NCBI GenBank assembly: GCA_002269645.1
Contig: NIVC01001050.1
Span: 121,683 to 185,682, forward strand
Direction: 5' to 3'
Length of the DNA stretch: 64,000 nucleotides
From: Macrostomum lignano
Taxonomy: Eukaryota
How positions within the stretch are numbered: position 1 is the first letter of the stretch; each line of letters starts with the position of its first letter. Below are positions 51,001 through 63,942 of this stretch, one piece after another. Under the pieces are notes generated by a model. It did not search any database. It saw only the letters and a program-made list of their open reading frames with translations, and was not told the DNA's origin. Made by a program: the position numbers and the translations under genes.

Positions 51001-52065
51001 ACGTTTCTGTTGGAACAAATCTGCACACTTTGCTGGCTCAGTCGAATTCTGGAATTTACAAACAGATGGCCGACATGATGGTTGAGATTGGTCCGTACGA
51101 AGAATGCCCATCGTTTGTAAGTCCGCTAAACGCTTGTTTTTTAAATGCCAGAATATTTCAAGCTTTTTTCAAATCACGAGTACACTGAATGATTTGATGC
51201 GTATTTTGGTAACTTGGATTTTTCCTCATGTGTTGACAGCCTCGGAAAGCTGATGAAGGCTGCATGAACGATTATTCATTTCTTCTGGCAATCGCAATGA
51301 AAAATTGTTCTGAATACTATGTGGCCGATGAGCTGTTCAACACGGCGACTTTGGCTTTCATGTTTCCGGAGGACGCATACTATGCGGATTCGTTTAATTT
51401 TCAGTGAGCAATTTTACTTTAAATTTATGACACGGGCTACTTTTCCTGCAGTACTGCTTCAAAATGCGCAAGATTTATTTTACTGAAGTAAAAACTTTCT
51501 ATCAGAAAGGTGATGCAAACTTAGACACTGGAGTAGAGATCTAGACTTCATGTAAAGTGTTTTTCAGTGTTCTAGATCTGGCTTGAATTCCTAGTAGGAG
51601 AATGGTTTGATAAAATTGATATTTGGTTTTAAACTAAAAAACAATAGCTATTTGCAGTAGGTTATGAGCACCCTTACGTTGACATAAAATCCTAGTATTT
51701 ATATATCCCTTTAATCTGCTAGAGCCCAAAGCAGAGACCTAGATGAGATGTCTTGAAGTTCCTAAGATTAAAATAGCCTGACCTGCAGTTGGTTTGTCCA
51801 CAGCTAAATTGGTTCAACGTAATTCAGATTGCAGAAGCTGCACGAGTCGGGTCAAATACAGCGCTGGTTCGAGTTCTATTGGTCCAGCGACACAGTTTGC
51901 ACCGTTGGAAAATCAGCCGAAGCCGATGCTATTAACCTGGAAGGCGTAGGTGGCTGCTTCATCATCGCCCTGAGTCTGTTCGTGGCTGGACTTCTCATTC
52001 TGACGATTGAACTGATCTGGACTAATCTGGCCAAAAAGCAACCCCTTGACTGCCTGATTTACTGA
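48083..52065 (+). CDS. iGluR-superfamily subunit, paralog D (833 aa, 12 exons)
   Basis: Exons 48083-48308, 48456-48599, 48681-48794, 48918-49303, 49426-49578, 49662-49916, 50008-50114, 50195-50285 (1 codon shorter), 50351-50768, 50911-51116, 51240-51403, 51828-52065; 2502 nt in frame; ends KKQPLDCLIY*. Confidence 0.93.
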
Positions 52066-52226
52066 TGCAGATCGTGAAAATTCCAGATTGGGCTACGATT
52101 TCTACGTGTTAATCAAGGTTGCTCTATTTCTGTGTGATAGAAGGTATTACTATGATACTTTTTAACAGATAATGAAACCCTTTCAAATCAAATTACCTAA
52201 GACCAGTCACCGGTACTGGAATAACT

Positions 52227-52879
52227 ACACTCAGCAACAGTCAAAACCGCCACCCTACCGAGAGAGGCGACTTCTCTCTCACCTCACCTCAACTGCAAGT
52301 GACGTAACTTGCGCCACGGCGTGGCTAAAGCTGGGTGAGAGTGAATGCAGGAGAGGGCAATCAGGGGATGCACTTTACTTAGCAGATTAGATGTTGCCCC
52401 ATCTGCTTCTTTCACCCCACATTAGACGGAGCAGGTGGCTGGCGCGGTCGGAGTTCGCCTGACAATCCGCAGCAGACGTCGATTTGCCCTGGCTGTTGAG
52501 CCGCGGAGATCATGGCGCTAGCTGCCTATGGCTGCGTACTGAACACTACCAGTCTCTTGGGACTTCGTTAACAGCGCTCGAATTGTTGAACGTGATCGGC
52601 CAAATTGGCGAGCAGCTGCGCTGATGGATGCACCAGCTTCTAGCATGCCAACAGCGCGCCATCGTTCAGCGTCTGTCATATGCCTGACCATTTTCACGTG
52701 TACAGTGAATTGAATGTTGCACCCCCAACCCCAACCCCAGTCCCTTTTGTACTCTCACCCTGAAATTCACTCTCACCCAGCTTTAGCCACGCCGTGGCGC
52801 AAGTTACGTCACTTGCAGTTTAGGTGAGAGAGAAGTCGCCTCTCTCGGTAAGGTGGCGGTTTCGACTGTTGCTGAGTGT
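52227..52879. mobile_element. MITE with ~110-bp terminal inverted repeats
   Basis: ACACTCAGCAACAGTC.AAACCGCCACC...GCGCCACGGCGTGGCTAAAGCTGGGTGAGAGTGAAT and its reverse complement at ~52767-52879; TA on left flank, TG on right. Confidence 0.85.
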
Positions 52880-53269
52880 GGATATATCACTCGCAAGTCA
52901 ACCAACCAACTCAAACACTCTTTTTCAGTAGAAGAATCTGAGTTTTCTGATTTTATAACAGTAAAACAATGCATGTAAATTAATGTACTTTAAACATATT
53001 TAAAATTTAGCATCTGCAAAAATCGCATCTGGCTTTCTAATAGCGGATCCATTAAATTAGCATCTTCATCCTGTTTACTTTTACCTACCCCCCCCCAGAC
53101 AAGCCTTAGACTTGAAATTTTTTGAAAAGGAAATCAGCTTAAGTCTGAGGATTCTAGAAAAATTCAAAACACCCAAAATATAGAGAGCAGGGTTAGCGAC
53201 CCAGCCCCAGCCAGGCCGATAAACAGTTTGGCTTTCCTCTTGTTCGCTTGTGTCTGACTCTGACCTTTC

Positions 53270-53410
53270 TCCTTTCTGCTCTCTCATTGGCTGAGCTAGA
53301 TTGGGCCTGCCCCCTAGGCTGAATTTCGTCCGTCTGACTTTGACCTCTCTCCTTTCTGCTCTCTCATTGGCTGAGCAAGATTGGGTCTGCCCCCTAGGCT
53401 GAGTTTCTTC
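53270..53410. repeat. Tandem duplication of a ~70-bp unit containing ATTGG (CCAAT-box) motifs
   Basis: TGACCT.TCTCCTTTCTGCTCTCTCATTGGCTGAGC.AGATTGGG.CTGCCCCCTAGGCTGA.TTTC occurs twice. Confidence 0.8.
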
Positions 53411-54193
53411 AATCTCGCCTTCACTTATGTACATCGAGTTCAATGCCTGTACCTTGTTAATTCTTAACCTCATATGCTCCTGTAGCAAAACTCCGGTTGA
53501 TTGCGATTGATTTATCTATTCATCAAAGTATCTGTGAGGCTAGATGCTACATCTCACTGACGTTACGGAGAAGTTTTTTCGTAAAAAGTTATTACGAATC
53601 TTGTGTTTCAACATTATAGTGATGGAGTTTTTTATCCCTTCCTCCGTATTAACGGTAATTTGTTGCAGCAGCAGTTCTCTGCAGATGGCAGCCACGTCAC
53701 TAAACTGCCCAGCTGGATTGTTTTGAGAAGTTTTCAGTCTCTAACTCGTACTTATTTGTAGTACATTAGAGAACATCGCATAGTTTTTGCACTTCAAGAA
53801 GAGCTGCTATAAATTGAGAAAGCGCTGACTAGAGCGCAATAACATTTTAACAAACCTCACTACACTACTACATTCACTAAAAAAGCTGAAGCGCGTATTG
53901 TTTATTTTCTTGGCACTACACAGAAGTACAATTATTAGCTGGTTTCAGTTTCACATTTACAAGTATTTTTCACACCTTCAACATTATTTGCTATTCTATC
54001 CTTTTTGTTTTTATATTACTGTAATTTTTCACTGTAACAGTTGCCGATGCAGCCATGCTTTTTGTGTACTGTAAAACAATTCACTGTTTTCACTTGAATT
54101 AAAACACTGCCACATTGAGTTTGATATGACGCTCAGAGTAACCTAGAGACGACCAGATAGTCTGCTGGATTGATCTCAGGGTGGCCGAGAATA

Positions 54194-54490
54194 TATACTC
54201 AGCAACATTGAAAAGTCGCCACCCATTGCCCCAGTGAGCAGCAGTATCTTTCGACCAGCGTCTATCACCTGGCCAACCATTTTGATATTAAAAAAATGCT
54301 TGAAAAAACAGTGAAAACCGGTCGGAAGCTTCAATCCACCCAATCTTCACCCTCCGCTCTTCCCAATACCTTCTCACCCAGTTAAACTCTGCGTCACGTA
54401 ACGCAATTTGCGTCACTCAAAAGTCAATCCTTGAGCTAGAATTTACTGCGCACTCTCAAAGGTGGCGACTTTTTAATGTTGTTAAGTATA
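54194..54490. mobile_element. MITE related to 52227-52879, ~30-bp imperfect TIRs with TA ends
   Basis: TATACTCAGCAACATTGAAAAGTCGCCACC vs GGTGGCGACTTTTTAATGTTGTTAAGTATA. Confidence 0.7.
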
Positions 54491-55587
54491 ACTGACAGCT
54501 TGTTAAAATGACCTCAGAATGGTCGAGAAGCTAACCGTTAATAATAGAGTTAGTCAATCAAACTAATCTTCACTTCTTTCTATAAAAAGACGAAGTCTAG
54601 TGGCAAGGTTGTGAATTAAGTTGGAACCGTGAATCTTCATACCATAGAAAGCGCTGCCTACATGTATGGTGGAAATCAAATGGCAGTACGAGCGTATAAT
54701 CAAATCAAACAGAAGAGTTTACTGGAGAAGAATAATTTATCTGTCTCTAACACCCGTATAATTTGTTAAAAAGCATTGCTATTTCACAATTACCAGAAAT
54801 GAACTGCTAAAAAAACTGCCTGAAATACGAGTAATATTGCGAGGCAGACTAATTCAAAGTTGCAAGCATCGAAACATAAAAAGCCGGTTTGAAAATAAAG
54901 CTCAACGCCGCGAGAACAGCGATCTCAGCTCAAGGCGAGGCCTAAAAATGCACAGAGCACTGCCATCCACCCCAACGTCACAGACCCCATCCCCATGGGT
55001 GAAGCCAAACAGCTCCCTCCCAGCCAATCGCAAATGCCGGTTAACCTATGCCAAGCAAGCCGGTGTTACACTTTAGACTATCCGGGGCTTTTTTTCTGGC
55101 CCGGATATCCGAACGCACTCACGATATCCGCCCGGATACTGCCAAGCAAAAGACTTGCTTTATTTTCTCCTTCCCGGATATCTTGAGCTGCTTTGCAATG
55201 TCCGGGCAACTTTGAGGTGTCTCCCCCGGACATCCTACGGCACTGACTCTGCTATCCGGCCCGAGATCACAAGAAGGGGAAGTTGTCTTGGGACATCCGA
55301 CTGTAGGTTGAAAGGGAGGGGGTCAGTCTGGAGACAAAGGTTTGCTTTAGGACATCCGGCTACTGATATCCGGGGTTAGAAATCGCAAAATTTCGAGATT
55401 ACTTTTCACTAAGTAAAAAATAACTTTTTGATACTTTTTCAATTGGTAAACATCTGCGTCATGCTTATTTAACGCTGTATATTTCAATAACAATTTCGCG
55501 TTTCACACATCCAACAAAAATCGAAGCTACGCTCGCACTTCGTCAAACAAAAAGCAGTTTGTTACTCCATTCACCAATCTAATTCGA

Positions 55588-56790
55588 TCAATCAAAAACA
55601 GGCGATCCGCTGAATGAAGCGTGACGAGCCACAGCCTTCTTCAGATGCTCTCCGTTTACAAATTTTGAAAACACAGCCAGCTGAAAAGTATTTTTGCCGA
55701 GACATTTGATGATTCGGTAGACCCGCTCACTCCACGTCTTCTGTAGCTTTACGCCCTTCCTGTCGTCTCGGCGTGCATTTTGAAGTCTCACCCGATCTCG
55801 AACCTTGAACTTCTCAGCTCGAGTTCGTAAAGCTTCGTGGCGCCTTTTTATTCGCTATTGGCTCAATTTGATTCTCCGCGCGATGAATTTTCGGGATGCA
55901 GCTCGCTGTTTGTTCTTCTCGATCATCCAACCCCATTTACAGGTGCCAAATCGGGCTTCAAGGAAGTAGACAGCAGCGCCACTGTCTCGTTGCCTAGCAA
56001 AGGTTCGAAGCTAAATGCGGCCTGGAATGTTAAAATTCCAGTGACTGAATGTCGTCGGCTACTGTAGGTCAGTTGAATTTCATTGAGCCTGGTGTCCCAG
56101 TCAGTTGGATTATCTGATGAGCGATACTTTCTTAATAGACTGATGCAGTTCTGGTTCAAGCGCTCGGTCCGTCCGTTAGTCTCTGGGTTATATGCGCTCG
56201 TCTTTCAGTTCCACCAGATTCTAGAAGGACGTCAATAATTGAGTTGCGGAACTCCCGTCCCTGATCGCTGAGGATGATGCGCGGCAAACCGAACAGTGCA
56301 AAGAGGTCCTTCAGTTCCTTCGCGATGGGCGCAACTTGGATGTTAGACAGAGCCCGGAACACAGAAAACTTCGTAAATTTACAGCACACTGTCAGAATAT
56401 ACGAGTACTTGGATCCTGAATCAGTGGTTGTTGGCATCGTGATGCAGTCGACACAGAGAAACCAAAAAAGCCTGTTCGCATTGTCCGGAATTTCAATCGG
56501 ATGAATTTCGCTTTGCTTGGTTGAAAATTTCTTGTTGACAAATTCGCACTTGGCGCAAGCTTTCACAACGGATTTGGCTATTGGCGATACAGGGAATTCA
56601 ACGTCGCGAAGTATCGCGAAGTACGACGACGTAGAGAGGCTCAATGTGCTCTTTATACCTACGTAACTTCCCTGAATGTGCAAAGCTTGCATTTTGCTCT
56701 TGACTTCTGCGATGTCGTAAAAAACTTTGCGCTTCTCTTCAGACCTCTTTCTCTGACTGTCCGCTTTGTTCTTGACTTGACAGTACAACG
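55588..56790 (-). pseudogene. Decayed Gypsy-type/Ginger-like DDE integrase
   Basis: Zn-finger-like H..CAKC, catalytic VDCIT, SDQGREF and (after a frameshift near 56200) YNPETNGRTERLN; WDTRL; C-terminal FKVRDRV..RRDDRKGVKL..W..VY.I..LG...F.L...VNGEHLK; fragmented over three frames. Confidence 0.8.
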
Positions 56791-56967
56791 AGCCTTCTTC
56801 TCTCCTCTCTCTTCTCTTTTCTACTCTCCTAGCCTAATTCATCTCTCCTCTCCTCTCGTCTCCTCTTTGCTCCTTTATTCCCTCGCCTCTCCCTTCTCCT
56901 ATCTCCTTTCTTTCTTTTTATTACCTCTCATCTCCACCTTCTTCCGGACCGCAGTCATGCTCTAGGT

Positions 56968-57409
56968 CAGGGGTCGACAAACTTTTTTACCTCAAGGGCC
57001 AGATCGAGAACCTGGCGCATGACTGCGGGCCAGAGAAAGGGAGAGAGAAGAGGCTAGTGAATGAAGGAGAAGAGAAGAGATAAAATAGAGAGAGGTGGGG
57101 AGAGGAGAGACGGGAGGAGAGAGGAGGAAAGGGAGGAAGAAGATAGGGAAAAGGGGGGAGAAAAGAGAGAGGAGGGAAAGGAGAGGAGAAGGGAGAGGAA
57201 AGGAGAGAACTAGCATTAGAACAGAATTCGAGAGAGGAGAGGAGAGGACAGGAGAGATAAGAAGGGAGGTGAGAGAAGAAAACTGAGAAGAGACAAACCT
57301 TGAGCGGGCCGGATTGCTATTGTGAAGTTTCAAAGGACCCGAGGGCCGGATAGAGAGGCTTTGCGGGCCGCATGTGGCCCGCGGGCCGGAGGTTGCCGCG
57401 CGACCCATG
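56968..57409 (+). mobile_element. hAT (Charlie-like) MITE with GA-rich interior
   Basis: CAGGGGTCGACAAAC left end, GGCCCGCGGGCCG..GTTGCC..CGACCCATG right end, CTCTAG on both flanks. Confidence 0.7.
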
Positions 57410-57416
57410 CTCTAGC

Positions 57417-57616
57417 CTCTAGGTTCTTTATCTGGCCCTTGGGGTAAAACAGTTTGCTGACCCCTGCTCTAGGTTCTTTATCTGGCCCTTGGGGTAAAAC
57501 AGTTTACCGACCCCTGCTCTAGGTTCTCTATCTGGCCCTTGGGGTAAAAAAGTTTGCCGACTCCTGCTCTAGGTTCTTTATCTGGCCCTTGGAGTAAAAA
57601 AGTTCGCCGACCCCTG
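57417..57616 (-). repeat. Four tandem 50-bp copies of a hAT-MITE terminus
   Basis: AGGTTCT at 57421, 57471, 57521, 57571; minus strand reads CAGGGGTCGGCAAAC..TACCCCAAGGGCCAGATAAAGAACCTAGAG. Confidence 0.85.
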
Positions 57617-59064
57617 ACATAAGCGAAATGAGCAAGCGTGAAAAAACAGCGCGCCTGTTGGTTGCCGCTGGAACCCCTAGTAAACAAGGTGCAAGAAAAT
57701 CCTGTTCTATACGACCTTCGGCACCCTGACAATCGAAATACCTGGAAAAGGACGATCAAAAAAGTGCAATATGCTAGGTTTTTCGTTAGCTCGCGCCAGT
57801 TATATCAATAATTGCGCTGGCCTTTGTACTCTGATACAGACTGTACACTGGTATTAAATTCAAAGCACAAAATAGTTTTCTCAAACGTGCTGAAAATATG
57901 TACGATTTTTGGGCTCAGCTGGAGATATGTGCGCACAGTATTGCTCGAGTAACAAATTGGAAAACTTGCATCGCCCTCCTCTAAACCCCAGCCCAGTCAT
58001 TCTCCTCAGTATCAGTCAGTTGATTGCAGTGCGCTTATCAGGTAAATACATGCAACTTGACCAACTTGCCACCCCAATCTTTATTCACCCCGGACAGTTC
58101 AAGACCAAGAATATTTCAAAGCCGATTTTGTTGTGCCATGGATTAATCCAGCGTAGGATATCGCAAAGCGAAAAACATTTTGCTTTGCGATGTCCCCAGG
58201 ACAAATTAAGCCCCCCCCCCGGTGAACGGAGAGCCTAACACCGGCTAGGCAAACCGGTCAATATTGCTGTGAGCGGTCTATTTAGTAAACTCGTTCATGT
58301 CAGTGTAAGACTTTAAACTGGAACCCCAATCCCAGCTCCAGACGAAATCCCTGGGGTAAAGCAGATCAGTGGTAAAAGCTTATCACTCGCGCCACGACCC
58401 CTAGTTCGATTCGATGATCGGCCACATAAACTTGAGGCTTATATGCCATGTCGCTTTGTCCCAATAAATCTCTACTAAGACCTACATGTACTAAGAATCT
58501 GAGGCAAAGTTCAATGCAGAAAAAATCTGCCACTTGGCTAAATATACCGCAAGAAAAAGCGCATTGCGGACAAATCTCGGCGGGCACTTCGTCTGCGGGA
58601 ATTTCCAGTGCTCCCCAGAGGGACATACCTGACGATTAGAACGTTAGGGCCGCTGTGTGAGCGTGTGTGAGTGCGTGCCTGCGTACAGTATTGGCGCTCT
58701 GGCATCTGCTCAGGAGTCAGTGGAATGAGCAGAATTTCCTCAGCGCTGTTTGCAAGATGATGTCAAAAACTTGCATACGAAACCATCCAAACCAAATCCA
58801 AAAGGCAAGGCTCACCAACGCTAATAGTGCAAAAAAACTCAAATCAACAAAGCAAAATAGAAACCATAAAAATTTGAGATGATTCAAATCAATTGACTTG
58901 AAGGCATTTAGACTTTACCACAAAAAGAAAAAAAATTTTTCTGTAAATCTCAAATTTCTTGCACAATTGCCAACGACATGAAATCCGAAGCCACGAAACT
59001 TGAAACTGAACTGCCAGTGCCAATTAATTTGAAACATAAAACTGCAGAGATTCTTGGTTCTGGC

Positions 59065-59071
59065 TATAAAA
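59065..59071 (+). promoter_or_regulatory. Candidate TATA box upstream of paralog E
   Basis: TATAAAA about 65-70 nt upstream of the ATG at 59134; position only, region is AT-rich. Confidence 0.3.
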
Positions 59072-59133
59072 ACCCAAGGAATTAAATACTTGAGAAGCAG
59101 ATCTTTGATTATCCTATCTCATTTGCACTCAAC

Positions 59134-62100
59134 ATGAATAACTTCTTGATGCTGATTTCTATTCTATTTCTTGGCAGCATCTGCCAAAGCTCACATGGAC
59201 TGATCTTAAAAATAGGCGTCATCATAGAGGCCGGAAACTTGAACGGCTCGCTCATCGACGTCGCCTTCGCCAGACGGGTCAACTACAACTGGAGAGTGCT
59301 GCAGGGCCACACACTTTCATATGTGCATGTCAATGTGAGCTCGTGCAGCTCACACCAGGCTGTCAGGACTGGTGAGTTGAAGCATTTGCTACGCGACTCA
59401 ATCGCTGCTCTGCTCAACCTGCTCAATCAATGCACACAATTGAAGCATGAATTGCACGAATGCAAGTATGAGTGCGAGCTGTGAAACTGTGCATGTGTCT
59501 GTGTGTCTCGCTCCGCAGTGTGCTCGGAGAGCGGCCTGTCAGGTCTGATTGGCGTCGGCAGCTGCTCTCTGCTGGATGAAGTGAGCTCACTGAGCAAGTC
59601 TCTGCAGCTGCCGCTGATCGCCCTGCCGACTGGACTGTGCGACTCTGCTCGGCTGAGCAAAGGTAACTGAGATCGATTTCTGACATCTTTCCATCATTTC
59701 TATCTGTATTCGGTTTCGACATGAAATCACGCGGAATTGCAGGCATGACCATCGTGGGCAGCCACAGCTCAGCAAACATCGTCGCTGCAGCAGCCTCCGT
59801 CATCACTTCGGACTCCGTAGCCCGTGATGTGGCTATTCTATACGATAAACAGCAGAGTGAGTGATATTTTGACATTGATACAATAATTAGATGCCGTTTT
59901 TGAATGCGCTAGCCTCCATGACTTATTTAAGTTATTTAGAAACTTAATGTTAGGATTTTTAAATGCTACGTATTGACTCACGCGTGTGCATCCGAATCGC
60001 TTCAGGTACAGCAGTGCTGCAGAACCTGCAGTCCAGTCTCTCCTCTGCCGGTGTGAGCAGTCTCACATTCCGAGTGGACGACACTGTCAACGCTTCTGTT
60101 ACTCCTGACCTGGTGCACCACCTCAAGCGGCTGGTCAAGAAGAAAGTGTTCAAGCTGCTGCTGTTCGCCTCTCCTCGCAATGCTCTCAGTGTGCTCAGGC
60201 TCGCCAGGGAAGCTGCAGTGATGCAGCAGAACTACTTCTGGCTTGTGCTCGACACCGGACTGTCCAAGGCCGATGTGCTCAGCGTGACGCCGGCGAACGC
60301 GAACGTCGCTCTGCTGAGAGGCAGCGTGTTCACCGAGTGCACAGCAGCAGTGATGGATGTGTTTCCTCAGTGCCAGACGGACTGGCTTCGGGTGAGCGTT
60401 TCATGTGTGCTGCTTGATGGCTGCAGGGATTCATCATGCAGCTCCGCACGTGTGCAACGCATGCCACTGTCGCACTCGATCTCGCATTCGACCGTCGCAT
60501 TCGACAGACTCTGGACGCTCGCTTCGTAGACGCCGTAGAAGCCATGGCCAAGGCGCTCAATGACTCGCTGCTGGATCCGGGATTCTCTCCCGGCAACGCC
60601 TCGTGTGCGCCACTGCGCCACTGGACATCGGGCTCGACTGTGCTCAACAGACTCATGAGTGTGAGTGAGCTCACTAGCTAGCAAGCATTGACAAGCATTA
60701 CTAGTTTCGAGCTGGTCTCTCCCCAATCCCTACTCGATGTGCAGATCAGCGACTATGACACTCAGCGAGGCCTGATCTCGTTCAACAGCTTGACCAGACA
60801 CTTCAGCTCGCAACGAGTCGAAGTGGTCGCGTCCTACAATGAGCTGTGGTCGTCTCCGGTCTCGATGCTGAGGTCAGCTCAGTTCGATGCATCGAGCGGA
60901 GCTCTGAGCAAGCAGTTTCGCTACAAGGGAGTCAGTTTGGCATTCCCCAACACCTTCATGGGGTTTAAGAACCAGACCATCATTGTTTGTACACCTGAGG
61001 TACTGTTTCTCATTAACGTTTATTTGAGTCTATCTTTAGTGCACGTGCGTAGCTACGTTATATGTATACTAAACCGGAAATATATTTTTCAGAGCTCTCC
61101 ACAGACGGTGTTTCAGCAGATATTTCCAAACAAGACAGTTATTATCAGCGGAATGGTTTCGGATGTGCTTAGTTTTTTAGCGTGGAAGCTTGAATTTCGG
61201 TTGGTGCTTTGTTATCTGTTTAGTTACTATAAAAATCCTAATTTTAATAAGTCCTCTATTTTTTGTAAGGTTCATCACTAAGGACTCTAACGACGGAAAC
61301 TGGGGTACTCCTCAGAGTGATTCAATCTACTTTACGGGATGCGTTGGCGAACTACAAAGAGGAGTGAGTGGGATATAGCTGAATCTGAATGGCCGATTCA
61401 CGTCAGCTATTGTTTCGCATCTTGCCTTCTTAAATTGCAGGAGGTTTCACTAGCGGCAGGACCTTTCACAAAGACTGCCATCCGTGATTCCGTCATCGAC
61501 TATTCCTCAGATCTGTTTCAAGACGCCAATGCAATTCTGCTGCCAAGACCGCCGCCGAAATCGAAGATTTGGAATGTTTTTACTCCGTTTTCGATCGGGA
61601 TTTGGCTTTTGATATTGTCGTGTGTGTTTCTGACAGCTTTTATCACCTGGCTATTTGCTTTCTTCTCACCGTTCACGGCTTACAATATGAATCTTGATTA
61701 CGCAATCGCTGACGAGATCTGGCTGCAGGAGTATCTGTGGAGCATCATCGGCAGCTTTATGCAGCAAGGCCAGGACTTTTATCCGTTCTGTATGTCCTCG
61801 AGAACTGTTCTGGCTTTCTGGTGGATGCTCACCGTCATTATCTATGCTTCGTTTACAGGTGAAGCTTTGTCATATTTTCTTCTAGTTTGTTTGTTGGCGC
61901 TTTAGTATGCATCCAACTGCATTTTAAACCTGCATTTTGCAATTCCAGGTGATCTGACTGCCCACCTGACTGTGACGGTCATCGACTATCCAATTAAGTC
62001 CCTGCAGGATCTGGTGTCGCAGACAGCTATTAAGCCCTACGTATTCACTGGAACAAACCTGCATACTTTGCTGGCTCACTCAGAGTCCGGAATTTACAAA

Positions 62101-63942
62101 CAGGTGGCCGACAAGATGATCGAGCTTGGACCCTACGACGACTGCCCATCCAAGGTGAGTAAATTCGGTTTTGTCTTTGCCATGACCGCTGCTGGCGCCC
62201 CCCCACTCCACGAATATGCATCAATCCACGAATACCATTAGGGGCGACGTTGTTATTGGCATATTCGTGGAGTGGGGGGGGCGCCAGCAGCGGTGATATA
62301 CCGCGCCCCACAATGGCACGACCGAGATAGCACCCCTAAATCACATGCCCGAGATAGCAACCCTCAATCACATGATCGAGGTAGCACCCCTCAATTACGT
62401 GCCCGAGATAGCATCCCTCAATGGCATGCCCGAGATAGCATGCCCGAGATAGCATGCCCGAGATAGCATGCCCGAGATAGCATGCCCGAGATAGCATGCC
62501 CGAGATAGCATGCCCGAGATAGCATGCCCGAGATAGCATGCCCGAGATAGCATGCCCGAGATAGCATGCCCGAGATAGCATGCCCGAGATAGCATGCCCG
62601 AGATAGCATGCCCGAGATAGCATGCCCGAGATAGCATGCCCGAGATAGCATGCCCGAGATAGCATGCCCGAGATAGCATGCCCGAGATAGCATGCCCGAG
62701 ATAGCATGCCCGAGATAGCATGCCCGAGATAGCATGCCCGAGATAGCATGCCCGAGATAGCATGCCCGAGATAGCATGCCCGAGATAGCATGCCCGAGAT
62801 AGCATGCCCGAGATAGCATGCCCGAGATAGCATGCCCGAGATAGCATGCCCGAGATAGCATGCCCGAGATAGCATGCCCGAGATAGCATGCCCGAGATAG
62901 CATGCCCGAGATAGCATGCCCGAGATAGCATGCCCGAGATAGCATGCCCGAGATAGCATGCCCGAGATAGCATGCCCGAGATAGCATGCCCGAGATAGCA
63001 TGCCCGAGATAGCATGCCCGAGATAGCATGCCCGAGATAGCATGCCCGAGATAGCATGCCCGAGATAGCATGCCCGAGATAGCATGCCCGAGATAGCATG
63101 CCCGAGATAGCATGCCCGAGATAGCATGCCCGAGATAGCATGCCCGAGATAGCATGCCCGAGATAGCATGCCCGAGATAGCATGCCCGAGATAGCATGCC
63201 CGAGATAGCATGCCCGAGATAGCATGCCCGAGATAGCATGCCCGAGATAGCATGCCCGAGATAGCATGCCCGAGATAGCATGCCCGAGATAGCATGCCCG
63301 AGATAGCATGCCCGAGATAGCATGCCCGAGATAGCATGCCCGAGATAGCATGCCCGAGATAGCATGCCCGAGATAGCATGCCCGAGATAGCATGCCCGAG
63401 ATAGCATGCCCGAGATAGCATGCCCGAGATAGCATGCCCGAGATAGCATGCCCGAGATAGCATGCCCGAGATAGCATGCCCGAGATAGCATGCCCGAGAT
63501 AGCATGCCCGAGATAGCATGCCCGAGATAGCATGCCCGAGATAGCATGCCCGAGATAGCATGCCCGAGATAGCATGCCCGAGATAGCATGCCCGAGATAG
63601 CATGCCCGAGATAGCAGTCCTCAATGGCAAGCCAGAGATATTGCACCCTGCTATGACTTCGCCCTCGCCCCTCGCTGTCAACACTCCGCTGAACCCCAAA
63701 GATGATCCCTAATAAAAATCCTTGACGACTTGAAGTCTGATCCGCATGAATAACAATTCCGGGCCTTAACTCTTTCAGCCGGCACAACCCGACCAGGCCT
63801 GCATAGTTGACTACTCATACTTGCTGGCGATTGCTAGGAAAAATTGCTCCCAGTTCTACCTGGCCGATGAGCTATTCAACACGGCCACTTTGGCTTACAT
63901 GTTTCAGGAGGATGCCTACTTTGCCGATTTGTTTAATTTTCA
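59134..63942 (+). CDS. iGluR-superfamily subunit, paralog E (exons 1-11; final exon beyond window)
   Basis: Exons 59134-59371, 59519-59662, 59743-59856, 60006-60391, 60508-60660, 60745-60999, 61093-61199, 61270-61363, 61441-61858, 61949-62154, 63779-63942; all in frame with the same phases as A-D. Confidence 0.92.
62185..62294. repeat. ~35-bp near-perfect inverted repeat (hairpin) at the start of paralog E intron 10
   Basis: ACCGCTGCTGGCGCCCCCCCACTCCACGAATATGC (62185-62219) and GCATATTCGTGGAGTGGGGGGGGCGCCAGCAGCGGT (62259-62294). Confidence 0.9.
62420..63617. repeat. 14-bp satellite (GCATGCCCGAGATA), ~85 essentially perfect copies, in paralog E intron 10
   Basis: CGAGAT at 62431 and 62445 (period 14); explains the GMLSRACYLGHAIS ORFs. 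Confidence 0.98.

Noticed and set aside
55058-58250. AGCCGGTGTTA ... TAACACCGGCT as TIRs enclosing the integrase
   Set aside because: Only 11 bp match, with no target-site duplication; cannot be distinguished from chance or unrelated MITE ends
62336-63787. 385-483-aa GMLSRACYLGHAIS ORFs
   Set aside because: Translation of the 14-bp intronic satellite
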